Shown in pieces: positions 61,218-64,000 of a DNA stretch of 64,000 bases. How positions within the stretch are numbered: the stretch's first letter is position 1; every line of letters starts with the position of its first letter. The stretch lies in contig CM074816.1 of NCBI GenBank assembly GCA_037447605.1, positions 2,570,525 to 2,634,524 of the forward strand. The letters are read 5' to 3'. The notes under the pieces are model-generated. The model made no database searches. It was not told the DNA's origin and saw only the letters and a program-made list of their open reading frames with translations. A program made the translations under genes and the position numbers. Source of the DNA: Zygnema circumcarinatum SAG 698-1b (Eukaryota; Plantae; Zygnematophyceae).

Positions 61218-61507
61218 AATCGGCTGGTCCAATGCCAGTTGTATGAGAGGCCGGTCACGGTCACCAGCATTTCCCAATGCGTGACCGTGACACGTCACTC
61301 CGCATAGCGACCGGCGGTCGTGGTCGCGTTCCGATCTCGAACGCGACGCGCGACGCCGCAGAATCGCCGTCAGTCCGTACCGTCCGTACGGGTGGTACGG
61401 ATCCGTACGGCTATACCGTACATACGGTATAGCCGTACGGATGAACCGTACGGAGATCCTCAGGATGCCGGCGGCACCGTGGTGTCTGTAGCGTTCAGTT
61501 CGCTACA
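61218..61507 (-). repeat. 5' LTR (start visible, remainder in gap)
   Basis: Near-identical to 43530-43728. Confidence 0.85.
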
Positions 61508-62015
61508 CCAGCGTTGTCTCAAAGCCTGCTTGAATGTGTCCCTTGTCAGGGTGCCGACGACATCCGCTTTGTGCCAGTTTCGGGACAGCTTCCAATTGAC
61601 TTCCTCTCCTTCCAGCGCTCCAAGGGCCAGCTTGATCCACTGCTCCTCTTTCAGGTCTGCTTGCGCTGCCTTCTCCTCAAGATGTCTCAGCCAGGCTTCT
61701 GCATCTTCCTGCTTTCCGGTGAATCCTCTAGTGATGATGCCCGTGGTATCTCTCACCTCACTCTTTTCAGGAATCATGGCTATCAGTTTTGTCATCATCT
61801 CTTCTATCTTGCTGGGAACCTCAGATCTGAAACGTGTGCTTCTCTGCAGGTTGGTGCGAAAGCTGGAGGGTCCTTGCGATCGTCCNNNNNNNNNNAGGGA
61901 TCCTGAAGATGTTCCCACCGGCGGCTGGACTCGATGCGCGAAGAGCCCTTCCTTGGGGGCCCTCTTCCCTTGTCCTCTCTTCGGCTATTCTCTTCGCTAG
62001 ACTTCTAGTTATCAT
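61508..62015 (-). CDS. gag N-half of the outer gypsy element
   Basis: FTGKQEDAEAWLRHLEEK..EEQWIKLALGALEG..WKL..TFKQALRQRW. Continues in frame at 43224 once the TSD is removed. Confidence 0.85.
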
Positions 62016-62741
62016 CGGTCATTGGGAGGAGTGTAAGGTAGGATATCACCAGATGGTAGCTCGGCATAGTGACAGCAAAGGGAAAATAGGACTTAGCTTA
62101 GATAAAGGTTGTGTTTTGGAAACTCACCCCAGCCAGCGATTGGCTGGGGATCGTCATTACAATGAAAGTGTCTTCTCACTGAAATCTTTGTCTGGCTGGG
62201 CTGAATGGGATGTCTAAATGCTATCAGCAAGAAGACTCTTTCTCTTTCTCTCTATGCAATGGAAACTCTCTCTCTCTCTCTCTCTTACTTAGCATCTGTT
62301 GCTGGAGCTGAAGAGGCAGAAAAAGCAGAACAAGACAACAAACCACACAGCAAATACAAATACTAAGCCCAGCACTAAAAGACAAACTAGCATCACTGAC
62401 ATCCCATCTACTTATCGCTGACAGTAGATCCTGAGTCTTAGCAGTGACAGTCTCTNNNNNNNNNNCGACTGTTCAACACATTCGTTCCGTATGGTTTGGC
62501 TTTTCTAAATCGATCTGGACCGTCCATTGTTGCCATTTTCTTCTTTTTGTCGTACTAGGAAAATTTTCAACTTGCTACCACGTGGCTGCCGGTTAGCTAT
62601 TTTTAAAAGAAAAAAATATAATATAATAAAGCCAATGAAATGTCGCCACGTGGACAACACAGTACTATAACGTCACACATTGGTCATGGATTTGATTGCA
62701 GGTCCCCTTTTCGAGAAGGGCAAAATTTTGGTCAAATCAGA

Positions 62742-64000
62742 AGGTTTCAAATCTGACGGTCCTTTCCAGTCAAACTGGAGCTTTGACTCAGCATGGTCAA
62801 AAAATCATCCACCGACGAAGACGCATTAACCCAATCCTTGGCTGCCACGTGGCACTTTGTCCTTGCTGACGAAAAATGATTGGCTGCTGTTCAAGGTAAG
62901 GTACAGGGTAGTCGCGATATAGTGACCGTCGGTCCCCACTAGGGATGGATTAGTTACGACTATATAATATATATTATATTATACAACTGTGACGACTAGA
63001 TAACGGCTGATATATATTAATGGGGGCGACTATTTACAGTGTACGGATTCTGAATGTAGTGTACGATTTCGTCGGGCAGCAAAAAAAAGGTTTTTTTTGG
63101 CGAAAAATGCTGCTTCACACTTTTCAGAATAGATACAGACCTTTTTTCGTTAGATGTACGGATAGTGATTTGAAATGTACGAAGCGCGCGCGTCTACTAA
63201 GGTATAAGGGCGCAACACGTGGAGCGACATGATTGGTCGCGGCAATATATGACGTGACAAGTATGTTTGGGACCGTGACGTGACGAAACGATAGCGACAA
63301 AAGTGGAGTCCGCGGACGGCAGTCGGAAATGGCGGGGATTAAAGCTGACAGAAAAAGATAGGGCACATAACTTAGCGTGTTTCAGGAAAACTCTGTCAGT
63401 TTTTTTCCCACCATTTCCGACTGCCGTCCGCGGACTCCACTTTTGTCGCGCCTCGTTTCGTCACGTCACGGTCGCAAACATATTTGACACGTCATATGTT
63501 GTCCCGGCCAATCATGTCGCTCCACGTGTTGCGCCCTTATACCTTGTAGACGCGCGCGCTCGTACATTTCAAATCACCATCCGTACATCCGACGATAAAA
63601 GGTCTATATCTATTCTGAAAAGTGTGAAACAGCATTTTTTGGCAAAAAAAACCTTTTTTTTGCTGCCCGGCGAAATCGTACACTACATTCAGAATCCGTA
63701 CACTGTAAATAGTCGCCCCCATTAATATATATCAGCCGTTATCTAGTCGTCACAGTTGTATAATATAATATATATTATATAGTCGTAACTAATCCATCCC
63801 TAGTGGGGACCGACGGTCACTATATCGCGACTACCCTGTACCTTACCTTGAACAGCAGCCAATCATTTTTCGTCAGCAAGGACAAAGTGCCACGTGGCAG
63901 CCAAGGATTGGGTTAATGCGTCTTCGTCGGTGGATGATTTTTTGACCATGCTGAGTCAAAGCTCCAGTTTGACTGGAAAGGACCGTCAGATTTGAAACCT
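62742..64000. mobile_element. Long foldback palindrome (>=600 bp arms, ~35 bp loop), extends to or past the window end
   Basis: 62742-~63358 is the reverse complement of ~63392-64000. The mirrored ORFs 63020-63232(+) and 63537-63722(-) confirm the symmetry. Confidence 0.9.

Larger units (their letters stand above)
43225..61507 (-). mobile_element. Chromovirus LTR retrotransposon (LTR to LTR, 18.3 kb including nested insertions), TSD CCAGC
   Basis: The 5' LTR starts TGTAGCGAACTGAAC at 61507 and the 3' LTR spans 43728-43225 (TGTAGCG...TTGTTACA). CCAGC lies at both 43220-43224 and 61508-61512. PPT GGGGAGTAA precedes the 3' LTR. Confidence 0.82.

Overview
Eukaryotic, plant-lineage draft-assembly window. 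A streptophyte alga or non-seed plant is inferred from the plant-type eIF3k, GT37 and STIG1 genes, TTTAGGG-like repeats and an iMet-primed chromovirus. There are many N gaps and very long GA/CT microsatellite introns. The left ~39 kb is genic: two tandem STIG1-like Cys-rich secreted-protein genes, an intronless glycosyltransferase-like gene, a partial eIF3k, a MASE1 hybrid histidine kinase, a large acidic low-complexity protein, a GT37 fucosyltransferase and tRNA-Asn(GUU), plus several palindromic or foldback elements. The right ~25 kb is a nested Ty3/gypsy cluster. An 18.3 kb chromovirus-bounded block with a perfect CCAGC target-site duplication splits the gag of an older element. Three chromovirus copies share a candidate -1 frameshift signal (G_GAA_AAC plus a hairpin) followed by an unexplained ~200 aa domain before the protease. 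Two exact duplications across N gaps are probably assembly artefacts. All identifications come from motif recognition and manual splice and frame checks; no database searches were run.
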